Both the position numbers and the translations under genes were made by a program. A DNA stretch of 64,000 nucleotides, taken from the NCBI GenBank assembly GCA_963662465.1, contig OY759599.1:5952001-6016000 (forward strand). Direction: 5' to 3'. Origin of the DNA: Desulfatiglandales bacterium. GTDB taxonomy: Bacteria; Desulfobacterota; DSM-4660; Desulfatiglandales; Desulfatiglandaceae. Below, one piece after another: positions 1 to 9,580 of this stretch; position 1 is the first letter of the stretch, and every line of letters starts with the position of its first letter. The notes under the pieces are model-generated. The model worked only from the letters and a program-made list of their open reading frames with translations. It ran no database searches and was not told the origin of the DNA.

Positions 1-1242
1 CAAAGGAACTCCCGGTATGAAGAACATGTCCCGTTGATCCGCGAGCTTTTCAAGGAATGTAAAGGAAATGCCGTGCGAGTAGCCGAGGAACTGGAAAGCC
101 GCCAACAGATCAAAATCCCTTATCAGAGTCTGACCTGGATTATGAGAAAGTACGAGATCCGGGAACGTAAAAAAAGACGGGCGGGCCAATACCATTTTAA
201 ACCCGGTCAGGAGATGCAGCATGATACGTCACCCCATCTGGTTGTCATTAATGGGAAAAAAATGTCGACCCAGTGCGCGTCCCTGACCCTGGCCTTTTGC
301 CGAAGGATTTTTATTCAGTATTACCCCTGTTTTACCCGGTTTGAGTGCAAGGTTTTCCTAAAAAAAGCATTCGAGTTTATGGACGGGGTGTGTTCCCGGT
401 GCATGGTTGACAACACCAATGTTATTGTGGCCGGCGGCACCGGGCCTGATGCATTGATTGCGCCTGAAATGAAATACTTCGGCGATATGTATGGAACCCG
501 GTTTGAGGCCCATGCTGTAGGAGACGCCAATCGAAGTGCCCGTGTGGAAAGGCCTTTTCATTTTGTGGAAAACAATTTTCTTCCCGGTAGAACATTTGTT
601 AGCTGGCAGGATTTGAACCGGCAGGCAATCGACTGGTGCCGGAATACAAGCGATAAAAAGTTTAAACGGGCTTTAGGGATGACGCCGGATGAGGCCTATG
701 TCATTGAAAAGCCATATCTCATTGATTTACCGGCATACCAGCCGCCAGTCTATGTGGCAGAACACAGGGTAGCCGATGTTCAGGGATATGTGCACTTGGA
801 CACCAACCGCTATTCAGTCCCTGAAGCGCTGATTGGGAACTCCCTGGAAGTACAGAAACATTGGCTCAAGGTCATCGTTTACGACAAAAACACAAAAGTG
901 GCGGAACATGACCGCATACTGGATAAACGCAACACCCGAACAACCCTGCCCGGTCACCATGTTCCCATTCGAAGAAAAAAAGATCCCCGAATCCCTTCAA
1001 AAGAAGAACAGCTGTTGACGGGAGAGGATGCCATCCTGGATGAGTATGTGGCTGAACTGAAGAAAAGAAGTCACGGTCGCGGTGTGGTCAAGTTACGTCG
1101 GTTGCTTCATCTGAAACGCACTTATCCCGGGGAACCTTTTTTGAAAGCCATAACACAGGCGCTTAAATATGGACTTTTTGATTTGTCGCGTCTGGAAAAC
1201 ATTATTCTCGATTATATCGCGGGAGACTTTTTTGATCTATGA
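1..1242 (+). CDS. istA: IS21-family transposase IstA (5' end outside the window)
   Basis: Q-H-D, V-D-N and RVER DDE motifs; same protein as the C-terminal part of 26616..27998. Confidence 0.95.
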   Translation, partial: QRNSRYEEHVPLIRELFKECKGNAVRVAEELESRQQIKIPYQSLTWIMRKYEIRERKKRRAGQYHFKPGQEMQHDTSPHLVVINGKKMSTQCASLTLAFCRRIFIQYYPCFTRFECKVFLKKAFEFMDGVCSRCMVDNTNVIVAGGTGPDALIAPEMKYFGDMYGTRFEAHAVGDANRSARVERPFHFVENNFLPGRTFVSWQDLNRQAIDWCRNTSDKKFKRALGMTPDEAYVIEKPYLIDLPAYQPPVYVAEHRVADVQGYVHLDTNRYSVPEALIGNSLEVQKHWLKVIVYDKNTKVAEHDRILDKRNTRTTLPGHHVPIRRKKDPRIPSKEEQLLTGEDAILDEYVAELKKRSHGRGVVKLRRLLHLKRTYPGEPFLKAITQALKYGLFDLSRLENIILDYIAGDFFDL

Positions 1243-1958
1243 AAAAGAAAATTGAACAGTTACTCATTGATTTGAAGTTTAAAGGCATGCTGAAGGCTCT
1301 CGAAGAACAGTTGGCTTCGGCTGAAAAGAACGGTTTTTCCATTCACGAGGTCATCTACAATCTCCTGGCTGAGGAATTACGTTTCCGGCAGGAGCGCAGC
1401 ATGATCTATCGGGTCCAGATTGCAAAGCTTCCATGGGAATGGACCCTCAACTCCTTTCCGTTTGATCTTCAGCCGGGAATACAGAAGAGCCGGATCATGA
1501 CGTTGTCCGGCCTTGACTTTATCAGCCGAAGAGAAAACATCGTGTTCCATGGAAAAACCGGCGTCGGCAAAACGGGATTGGCCGTGGGGATCCTTCGTCA
1601 AGCCATTATTGCCGGGTACCGGGGGCGTTTTTATAATGTTCAGGATTTGCTGGATCAGCTCTATGCGTCTTTGGCAGATCGGTCCACCCCGAAACTCCTC
1701 AATGCCCTTTGCAGATATGACCTGCTTCTGCTCGATGAACTGGGATACCTGACCCTCAAAAAAGAGCAGATGAACGCCTTTTTTAAACTCATGAAAGATC
1801 GCTATGAAGCCGGTCGGTCCACAATTATTACGACCAATCTTCAACCTGAACAATGGTATTCGCTGCTTGAACCAAAGGACATGGTCGATGCCTTGCTGGA
1901 TCGTCTCAACCATCGCTGCATCAACATTCATATTGATGGTCCTTCCCTCAGAAAATGA
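1239..1958 (+). CDS. istB: IS21 helper AAA+ ATPase IstB
   Basis: Walker A GKTGVGKT, Walker B LLLLDELG, ITTN, LLDRL; start overlaps the istA stop (ATGA). Confidence 0.95.
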   Translation: MKKKIEQLLIDLKFKGMLKALEEQLASAEKNGFSIHEVIYNLLAEELRFRQERSMIYRVQIAKLPWEWTLNSFPFDLQPGIQKSRIMTLSGLDFISRRENIVFHGKTGVGKTGLAVGILRQAIIAGYRGRFYNVQDLLDQLYASLADRSTPKLLNALCRYDLLLLDELGYLTLKKEQMNAFFKLMKDRYEAGRSTIITTNLQPEQWYSLLEPKDMVDALLDRLNHRCINIHIDGPSLRK

Positions 1959-2056
1959 GATGTTCGCCAAAGGGCCGGTTTTGAGGTCTGAATATCACCG
2001 GTCTGTTTGAATCTCGTTACACGAATATCAGAAATTACCTTGTCTTGGAGCTTGAA

Positions 2057-2254
2057 ATGAGAGGTGGAAAACGGGTAGGCGCCGGCCGAAGAAAGAAACC
2101 GGAACATTTGAGACGTGAACTGCTCACCATTCGTCTCCCCAAATGGATGATTCTACAGCTGAAAAAAAACGGGGAAATTGGATATTTGATTGAGGATCAA
2201 TTGGCGAAGGGAGGCCTCCTGAATTTACCGGACGACTATGACATAGACAAATAG
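2057..2254 (+). CDS. Small basic putative DNA-binding protein (RGGxRxGAGR plus ribbon-helix-helix-like TIRLPKW)
   Basis: GGAG ribosome-binding site before the ATG; homologues at 8458 and 28813. Confidence 0.7.
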   Translation: MRGGKRVGAGRRKKPEHLRRELLTIRLPKWMILQLKKNGEIGYLIEDQLAKGGLLNLPDDYDIDK

Positions 2255-2464
2255 TTCCTCAATAAGCATTGCCCTTAACCGAAAAATCTAATCCCCTCTT
2301 CTCTGCCATCACCATATTGATGGTATCCTCATCACTGATTCTTCAACCAGAACGCTACGTGTCTCACCAGCATTTTTAAAATACCATCTGATATACTCTT
2401 TCATGCAACCTCTAACAAATTTACAAGAAAACCCTTCTAAAAGGAAAAGACCAGTGCGCAATAT

Positions 2465-2515
2465 CTGGTTCCGTTTGGAGTAGCAAAACTGGTTCCATTT
2501 TGGTTAGCGCCCAAG
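2465..2515. repeat. Right terminal inverted repeat of IS21 element A, with internal sub-repeats
   Basis: Its reverse complement cttgggcgctaaccaaaatggaaccagttttgcta matches the left end at 22616, cttcaacgctaatcaaaactgaaccaagtttgcta. Confidence 0.9.
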
Positions 2516-2778
2516 CCCACCGGCGCCATGGCGGCCATGTATGACAAAGAGAGACCTTCCAGAAAGCAGCCCTAGCAGCCAGCACTGAAGGGCGAGCGTT
2601 TGTGGGGTTGGGAACAGACTTCCGTATGGAATCCAAAAAAGTCACCGGCTTTGCCTTGGCCCTTGATGATCGGCTTTTCCACATCTCCATTTTTGCCAAG
2701 GCGGACAGCCAAAGCCGAGATACAGCTGATTCAAAAATTGAGAGGTTTTCGAGAAGAAGACGGAATCGAAGAGCATAG
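2516..2778 (+). pseudogene. C-terminal remnant of a gene cut off by the IS (resembles ARPP-1/DUF6569)
   Basis: Frame not in the ORF track reads ...FVGLGTDFRMESKKVTGFALALDDRLFHISIF...RFSRRRRNRRA*; the family call is from memory. Confidence 0.35.
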
Positions 2779-3127
2779 GGAAAATGGTTCAGCAAATAAG
2801 CGCGGAATAAGAAAGCTGGATTCCGGAATCAATGGGAAAGTAGTCAACAAAAAGCCCGAATAGCGGTCTTTGTATCAGTTTTACATTGACTTATACAGTA
2901 GCTGGGTGTAGGCAACATTATAAAGAATTCGTGAGCCAAATTTCTTCTTTGATTCAATGAAAAAAAGAGGATTAAGGATGGTTTATATCGAGCCAAGAGC
3001 CCCGTTACTCCCGAACAGATGGAGAGCGGGGTTTTGTATTTTGTGGGATGGGAAGAATTGTTGGGTATAGATCAGGTTTTCAGGGCTGGGGAGACCCAGG
3101 CTTGGCTACCAAACAAAAGGGAATTGA

Positions 3128-3970
3128 ATGGACGAGATAGAAAGGTTCATTGAGCTGCCGGCAGACGACAAAAACCGACATATTCGGGCCCTGGGAATAG
3201 ATTTGGGTGCCACGAATTCAACTGTTTCAGAGGTGGTTTGGGGTCCTGGAAAACCCCCTTTGTGCAATGTCCTCGAATTAAAACAACCCACCCAGGCCGG
3301 TGAATATACAAGCCCCTTGGTTCCTTCGGTTCTTGTTGAACTCCCAGATAAAGAAGTCTGGATTGGTGAAGGCGCCAAACGTTTGCGTGCGTTCTTACAG
3401 AAAGCAAACCTGTTCCATGAGAAAAACCTGTTTTATGAAACCAAGAGCGACATGGGGCTTCGGAAAACATATTTTCGCGCGCCTGAACGCTTTAACCATG
3501 CCTCTAAAATTGCGGGCGCTATCCTTACCTTTCTAAAAGAGAGCGCAGAGAGCGCTTCCAACAGCAGCTACAACCATATTTCGGTCACGGTTCCCGCATC
3601 GTTCCAGTTAAATCAGCGACAAGATACTTTACTGGCCTGCCAATACGCAGGGCTGGAGTTACAAGATGATGATTTGTTGGATGAGCCGACAGCCGCTCTT
3701 ATCGATTACATCATCATCAAAGGTAATGAAAGCGTGGTTCGTTCAGGCGAAACGAGCCAATGTGTTGTCTTCGATTTTGGTGGAGGCACATGTGATGTAT
3801 CGGTCGTGGAAATTACAGGTGATCTGAACAGCTGAAAAATCATGATGAGTGAGCTGTCCGTATCCCGTTACCATCGACTCGGTGGCGGGGACATCGATGT
3901 TGCCATTGTCCATGAAATTCTGATTCCGAGCCTTTTAAAAGAGAATAATTTCTCGCCTCTCACTCCATAA
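3128..3970 (+). pseudogene. Hsp70/DnaK-like protein, interrupted and truncated
   Basis: GIDLGATNS, VTVPASF, DEPTAA and VFDFGGGTCDVS motifs. After an in-frame TGA at 3833 it continues to LGGGDID, then stops at 3970. Confidence 0.85.
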
Positions 3971-4157
3971 TAGGATTTATCCATGAGGCGGAAAAGAACG
4001 GACATTTGACGCTGCAACACACTTACGATTTCAATCAAAAAAGCGCGGAAATGCCCCAGAGTCAGGATTCGGAAGATGAGTTTTCTTTATTGTAAGTAAA
4101 TTAAAACTGTTCTACTTAACACCAGGAGAATCAATTCACGCAAACATTTCATTGATA

Positions 4158-4637
4158 ATGGAAATTCAAGAACAGATACTGACAAACATTCAGGATGCTA
4201 AGCATCTCTACCAGAAGCTGATTCTTCTGGTCGGCAAATCCGGTTCCGGTAAGACGGGAATTCTCAAAAAATTTTCCAGCGAGTTTGCTGTCCCCATGAT
4301 CAATGTGAATCTGGAAATGTCTTCCCGTCTTCTGGATATACCCTTGGGGAAGCGAGCATCTAACTTATCCAGGCTGTTTTCAAGCCTCTTTAGCGATACC
4401 GGGAGCGATATGGTGCTCCTGGACAACATGGAGATTCTTTTTGATAAATCTCTTCAGCAAAACCCCCTGTCTCTCCTTCAGAACAATGCAAAGAACCGGG
4501 TCGTAATCGCTGCATGGAATGGAGCCATAGAGAACAGGCGCTTAACCTACGCAAGGCCGGAACACCATGAATTTCAGGCCTACCCGATCGAAGAAGTGGG
4601 TATCACAATCGAACTCAACCCATCGCCGGATGAATAA
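4158..4637 (+). CDS. brxF: BREX-3 P-loop protein BrxF
   Basis: About 160 aa with LILLVGKSGSGKT, LLDNMEILFD, LTYARPEHHEF; first gene of the BREX-3 order. Confidence 0.85.
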   Translation: MEIQEQILTNIQDAKHLYQKLILLVGKSGSGKTGILKKFSSEFAVPMINVNLEMSSRLLDIPLGKRASNLSRLFSSLFSDTGSDMVLLDNMEILFDKSLQQNPLSLLQNNAKNRVVIAAWNGAIENRRLTYARPEHHEFQAYPIEEVGITIELNPSPDE

Positions 4638-4667
4638 TCCGATCCTGGCTGAAACGGAGGCAACATC

Positions 4668-5223
4668 ATGTATTACCATGAACTCATTCAGTTCGACCCC
4701 ATTGAAACTACCGTCCAGCTCATTGAATCGGATGATAAGGCAAAGGCCCAAGAATTGGTTTCAACGTTTGTTATCTCCGATGACATGGCCCTGAACATTA
4801 CGAAGATCGCTTTTGAACAGCTTCAATTTGATCACCCCATGGATAACAAGGGGCTTTTAATCGTTGGAAACTATGGTACTGGAAAATCCCATCTGATGTC
4901 CGTCATCTCCAGCATTGCGGAATATGAGGACATGGTCGAAAACGTCAAGAATGAATTGGTCGGAAAAGAGGCCCGGAAAATTGCAGGCAAATTCAAGGTG
5001 ATTCGGATTGAAATCGGGTCCAGCACCATGGATTTCAGGGAGATGATCTGTTCTGAGTTAAGCGATGGTCTTGCGAAATGGGGTATTGAATACCGCTTTC
5101 CGAATAGAGATAAAATCACTAATCACAAACAGGCTTTTGAAGAAATGATGGCGGTGTTTCAATCCGTTTATCCTGAAAAAGGTTTACTGCTGGTGCTTGA
5201 CGAATTGCTTGACTATCTCCGTC
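4668..5223 (+). pseudogene. brxC: BREX-3 ATPase BrxC (DUF6079-type), N-terminal fragment
   Basis: ELIQFDPIET, Walker A GNYGTGKSH, Walker B LLVLDELLDYLR; cut by IS21 element B. Confidence 0.9.
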
Positions 5224-5385
5224 CCCGGGCGGCCACCCAAAATCCCCCACCTGTGGCCACTTGAAAATCCCCCACCTAAAGAGGTTCAAAATGTAGATTT
5301 TTGATCTTCGGCTCAATTCACAAAATGGTGACAGGACGTTATACCATCTCCCAATGCAATTTAATTGAATTGGGAGGAAGAAAGG

Positions 5386-8070
5386 ATGAACGTTTTGAAG
5401 CCGGACAAGAAATCTACCATCATTACCCTACTTAAAAATGGCGTTGGTCAGCGTGAAGTACATCGTAAGACCAATATTGACAGGAAAACGATCCGAAAAT
5501 ACGCAAAAGAAAGTGGCTTTTTACCCGAAGATTCCGACTTAAATTCAAGATCCCCCACCCTGGCCACCGGGGCTGATTGCATCATCAGTGAAAATCCCCC
5601 ACCCCGGCCACCGGTAAACAGCACATTCAAGGGAGAAAAACGGGCGATTCCACTCCATGCCAGATCAGCATGTGAGCCTCACCGAGAATGGATTGAAAAG
5701 CAGGTGAAGCTCGGGAGGAATGCCGTAGCGATTTACCAAGATTTGGTCGAGCGATTTGCCTTTACCCACAAATACAACAGCGTAAAGCGGTTTGTAAGGG
5801 GACTGAGAAAAGAGGACCCCAAGCAATTCGATCGATTGGAGTTTTTACCAGGGGAAGAGGCTCAGGTAGACTATGGCACGGGAGCCAAAACGCTTCATTC
5901 GACAGGGAAATACCGTAAAACTCGTCTCTTTATAATGACGTTGAAATACTCCAGGCGCTCATTCCGGAAAGTAGTTTGGCAATCAAGCAAAGAAACATGG
6001 GCAAAACTTCATGAGGAGTCATTTCGATATTTCGGAGGTTGCCCCCAATATGTGGTTCTGGACAATTTGAAAGAGGGCGTCATCAAACCGGATCTTTACG
6101 AACCTGAATTGAACACCGTCTATGCGGCCATGCTGGAGCATTACGGGGTTGTTGCAGATCCGGCAAGAGTTAGAGACCCAAACCGGAAAGGGACTGTTGA
6201 AAATGCCGTACAGCATACCCAAGACACAGCTTTAAAAGGTCGCACATTTGAATCGATTGAACGACAGAATGAATGGCTTATGCACTGGGAGGAACAATGG
6301 GCTGCTCAGCGGATACACGGGAGAACCAAGCGACAGGTTGAAGAAATGTTTCAAGAAGAAAAACCGTACCTTAAACAACTTCCCTTAACTGCATTCAGCT
6401 ATTTCAGCCAAGAAATCCGTACGGTCTGGGATGACGGCGCCATTCAGGTGGGGAAATCCTATTATTCAGCCTTGCCGGCGCCCCTTTATACAAAGGTTAT
6501 TGTCAGGATTTATGACAGAGAGATTGAGATTATCAATCCTGTAACAATGGAGATTTTCCGCAGGCACGCCAAGAACAGCAGGCCGGGATCTGTCAATATA
6601 CCGCCGGAAGATAGGATTTTTAATCCTTCACGTCAAACAACGTATCTCTTTGCCAAAGCAGAGAGCATTGGTCCCGCAACTTTAAAATTATGCAAGGTCT
6701 TGTTTGAGGAAGAAGGCAGAACCGGTCAAAGACGAATACAGGGGATTGTCAACCTGGTCCGACATTATGAGGCCCGTTACGTGGAACAGGCCTGCATCAA
6801 AGCCAATAATGTGGGGCTGCGCAATTACAAATCCATCCGCAACCTTGTCAAAACGTTAGCCGAAAAAAACCAGGAAGAAAAGGATTCTGAGGGGCTGATT
6901 CAGGAACATAAATTAATACGCCCTCCGGAAGATTATGCTGCATTCTGGGAGCAGCACGCCGCACAGACACCGGTTTCGGAGGAAGGAGCAAACCGTTTTG
7001 TCATGCCCAAAGAGCAACTACCCGCAGTTTGGAAAAATGCAAGCTGGGAGAGAGTGATTGATGTTTTTGGCCTGGAAGTTGATGGAAACCGCCGCTGTAA
7101 GGCCAACGAGACATGGATCAAATCGCCTTTTACAGGCGAAAAAACTGCTTCGCTGCATTTGAACCTGACGGAGAATATCTTCAAGGATTTCAGCAGTGGC
7201 CTGGGGGCGAAAGTCGGTGTACTCAATTTCTGCCAGGATCTTTTAGCGCTGCGAGGCCAGGCAATGAATTGCTATGAAGTTGCCTCCTGGATGGTGGAAA
7301 ATGGAATTTCAAATTTGGATATACGTTCACGCGAGGTTAAAAACCATGTTCCTGAACTCAAAAAACCGAAAGAAAACAAACCGATTCAAGTGGATTTAAG
7401 GCGTTTTGTACAGCCGCAACATCCAGAATTAAAACATCGACAGGTTTCAGAGGCGACATGTCGCTATCTGGGATGTGGTTTTCTCCCGGAAAGGCCGAAT
7501 GGAAACAAACAGTCACCTCTCAATGGCCGGTTGGTGTTTCAAGTGCGGGGAATGTCCGGCGCTATACTGACACATGTCGGTCGTGCATTGACACTGCAGC
7601 AAGAAAAAACGAATGGGAAATACTGGAGCTTTCCGTTCTTCAAAAAACTGGAAATATACAACCAGGACAAACTGTTATCAGATGCTTCAGCAAAGGATCA
7701 AGTTCAGCGGCTTGGCTTGGTGCTGGTAGAAGGTTTTTTTGATGTGGCAGTTTTGGTCGAATCGGGTTGTTTGAACGTCGGAGCACTGATGGGGTCGCAC
7801 ATGACCGAACAACAGGCAGCCCGAATAAAGTTAATCAGCTCACACATTGAGATTCCCAAAATTACCGTTTTTTTGGACAGGGATGAAGCTGGGAGGATTG
7901 GCGCACAAAAAGCAGTTACTGTGCTGCGGAAAAATGGGTTTTCAGCCGAGGCCTTTGACTGGAACCAGACCCTTGGGTCGTCATTTGTGAAAATCCCAAT
8001 GGCCGTTATGGATCCAGGCGATATGTCGTTAAGGCAGCTAAAGTGGTTGAGAAAAAAGGGAAACATTTGA
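5386..8070 (+). CDS. istA: IS21 transposase IstA fused to DnaG-like ZBD and TOPRIM domains
   Basis: N-terminal HTH, AQVDY, VLDNLK and KGTVE; C-terminal SPFTGEKTAS...FKDFSSG, LVEGFFDV, GALMGS, FLDRDEAG and DPGD; one uninterrupted ORF. Confidence 0.85.
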   Translation: MNVLKPDKKSTIITLLKNGVGQREVHRKTNIDRKTIRKYAKESGFLPEDSDLNSRSPTLATGADCIISENPPPRPPVNSTFKGEKRAIPLHARSACEPHREWIEKQVKLGRNAVAIYQDLVERFAFTHKYNSVKRFVRGLRKEDPKQFDRLEFLPGEEAQVDYGTGAKTLHSTGKYRKTRLFIMTLKYSRRSFRKVVWQSSKETWAKLHEESFRYFGGCPQYVVLDNLKEGVIKPDLYEPELNTVYAAMLEHYGVVADPARVRDPNRKGTVENAVQHTQDTALKGRTFESIERQNEWLMHWEEQWAAQRIHGRTKRQVEEMFQEEKPYLKQLPLTAFSYFSQEIRTVWDDGAIQVGKSYYSALPAPLYTKVIVRIYDREIEIINPVTMEIFRRHAKNSRPGSVNIPPEDRIFNPSRQTTYLFAKAESIGPATLKLCKVLFEEEGRTGQRRIQGIVNLVRHYEARYVEQACIKANNVGLRNYKSIRNLVKTLAEKNQEEKDSEGLIQEHKLIRPPEDYAAFWEQHAAQTPVSEEGANRFVMPKEQLPAVWKNASWERVIDVFGLEVDGNRRCKANETWIKSPFTGEKTASLHLNLTENIFKDFSSGLGAKVGVLNFCQDLLALRGQAMNCYEVASWMVENGISNLDIRSREVKNHVPELKKPKENKPIQVDLRRFVQPQHPELKHRQVSEATCRYLGCGFLPERPNGNKQSPLNGRLVFQVRGMSGAILTHVGRALTLQQEKTNGKYWSFPFFKKLEIYNQDKLLSDASAKDQVQRLGLVLVEGFFDVAVLVESGCLNVGALMGSHMTEQQAARIKLISSHIEIPKITVFLDRDEAGRIGAQKAVTVLRKNGFSAEAFDWNQTLGSSFVKIPMAVMDPGDMSLRQLKWLRKKGNI

Positions 8071-8127
8071 TTTCCATCGCCACGTTCTCGGTGGCGCGGA
8101 AATTTGTTTAACCTAAACGGCCATCCG

Positions 8128-8603
8128 AAGGAATCGGGCTTATGTATAAGCGAATATGGTCGGACTTTTTGAATCTCGTTACACGATAATCATAGGGCTT
8201 GATTGTTTTGGAGGTGAAAATGGGAGGCGGAAAACGTATGGGAGCCAGTCGAAAAAAGAAATCAGATCATTTGAGACGTGAACTGCTGACAATTCGATTG
8301 CCGAAGTGGATGATTTCACAGCTCAAAAACAAATGTGAAATTGGCTATTTGATCGAGGATCAATTAAGGAATCGGGCTTATGTATAGGCGAATATGGTCG
8401 GACTTTTTGAATCTCGTTACACGATAATCATAGGGCTTGATTGTTTTGGAGGTGAAAATGCGAGGCGGAAAACGTACGGGAGCCGGTCGAAAAAAGAAAT
8501 CAGATCATTTGAGACGTGAACTGCTGACAATTCGATTGCCGAAGTGGATGATTTCACAGCTCAAAAACAAATGTGAAATTGGCTATTTGATCGAGGATCA
8601 ATT
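8128..8603 (+). repeat. Tandem duplication of a 238-bp unit
   Basis: 8128-8365 versus 8366-8603; I count four substitutions. Confidence 0.95.
8220..8387 (+). pseudogene. Truncated duplicate of the small DNA-binding protein
   Basis: Lacks the PDDYDID tail; R>G, T>M and G>S changes in the basic N-terminal motif. Confidence 0.65.
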
Positions 8604-8655
8604 GAGGAAGATAGATTTTTTGGATATCCCGGATGACTATGACATTGATAACTGA
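8458..8655 (+). CDS. Small putative DNA-binding protein
   Basis: GGAGG ribosome-binding site; 50 of 65 residues identical to 2057..2254 by manual alignment. Confidence 0.7.
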   Translation: MRGGKRTGAGRKKKSDHLRRELLTIRLPKWMISQLKNKCEIGYLIEDQLRKIDFLDIPDDYDIDN

Positions 8656-8678
8656 AATCGAGAAAGGAGAAACTGAAT

Positions 8679-9452
8679 ATGCCGATGTCAATGCAGGAAA
8701 TAGAGAAAAGTCTAGGAACGCTACGTTTAAGCGGTATGCGAGCAACATTAGAAACCCGAGTGATACAGGCAAATCAAGGAGAATCTTCTTTCCTGGAAGT
8801 CTTTTCATGCCTGCTTCAGGATGAGTTAGATTACAGGCGGTCGTGCCTGATAGAACGTAGATTTAATGCTTCCGGTCTTCGTGAGAGAAAAACATTGACT
8901 GAGTTTGATTGGGGCTTTAATCCAAGACTTCCAAAAAAGGAAATTTTTGAACTGGTGACCATCAAATTTATACACAACGGTGAAGACGCACTCCTGATCG
9001 GTTCTCCCGGGACTGGGAAAAGCCATATCGTTAAAACAATTGCTCATGCTGCAACACAGGCATGCCATCAGGTTGTTTATCGTGAGGCCCATACTTTCTT
9101 TGAAGATGTCTTCGAAGCAGCCCAAACAGGGAAGACAAAAAAAATAACAAAGCTTTTTTCAGAAGCAGACTTGCTAATAATAGATGATCTTTTCCTGAGA
9201 AAAAGGGTCCCTGAACATGCGGCAGATGATCTTCTTGATATCATACTGAATCGTTATTCCAAAAGAAAAAGTACACTCATAACATCAAACCGTCCGGTGG
9301 AGGACTGGGGTAAACTGCTCAGAGACAATGCCGCATCCTCTGCGATCCTTGACAGGTTGCTCCACCGAGGCCATTTGCTCAAATTTGAAGGAAAAAGCTA
9401 CAGGCTAAAGGAGGCTGCAGAAAAACTTGCCATAGGGAAGAAAAAAGAATAA
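8679..9452 (+). CDS. istB: IS21 helper ATPase IstB
   Basis: GSPGTGKSH, LLIIDDL, ITSNRP, ILDRLLH, GKSYR. Confidence 0.95.
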   Translation: MPMSMQEIEKSLGTLRLSGMRATLETRVIQANQGESSFLEVFSCLLQDELDYRRSCLIERRFNASGLRERKTLTEFDWGFNPRLPKKEIFELVTIKFIHNGEDALLIGSPGTGKSHIVKTIAHAATQACHQVVYREAHTFFEDVFEAAQTGKTKKITKLFSEADLLIIDDLFLRKRVPEHAADDLLDIILNRYSKRKSTLITSNRPVEDWGKLLRDNAASSAILDRLLHRGHLLKFEGKSYRLKEAAEKLAIGKKKE

Positions 9453-9580
9453 AGTGTAACCGTTCTGTCGCTGAAGATCTTTCCAATGCCACGGTCAAGA
9501 TCCTACATGGCCACCTTCACAGGTGGGGGATTTTGGGGTGGCCACAAGTGGGGGATTTTGAAGTGGCCATCCGGGCCGTC

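Larger units (their letters stand above)
1..2515 (+). mobile_element. IS21-family element A, copy 1 (left part outside the window)
   Basis: istA-istB-small ORF. The sequence is near-identical to 26757-29271 (offset 26756) and ends in the same right end, ...ggttagcgcccaag. Confidence 0.95.
5224..9575 (+). mobile_element. IS21-family element B (4352 bp) with an IstA-primase fusion
   Basis: Terminal IRs cccgggcggccacccaaaatcccccacctgtggccac and (reverse complement) cccggatggccacttcaaaatcccccacttgtggccac. 5-bp target duplication ccgtc at 5219-5223 and 9576-9580. Excision restores DYLRQRKMQEL. Confidence 0.95.

Noticed and set aside
3833..3835. In-frame TGA in the Hsp70-like gene as selenocysteine
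   Set aside because: It is not at a Cys-type site, I saw no convincing SECIS, and the gene ends 45 codons later; a nonsense mutation is simpler.
5386..8070. Primase as evidence of a prophage, satellite or plasmid
   Set aside because: It is in frame with IstA and enclosed by IS ends with a target duplication; no phage or conjugation genes are nearby.
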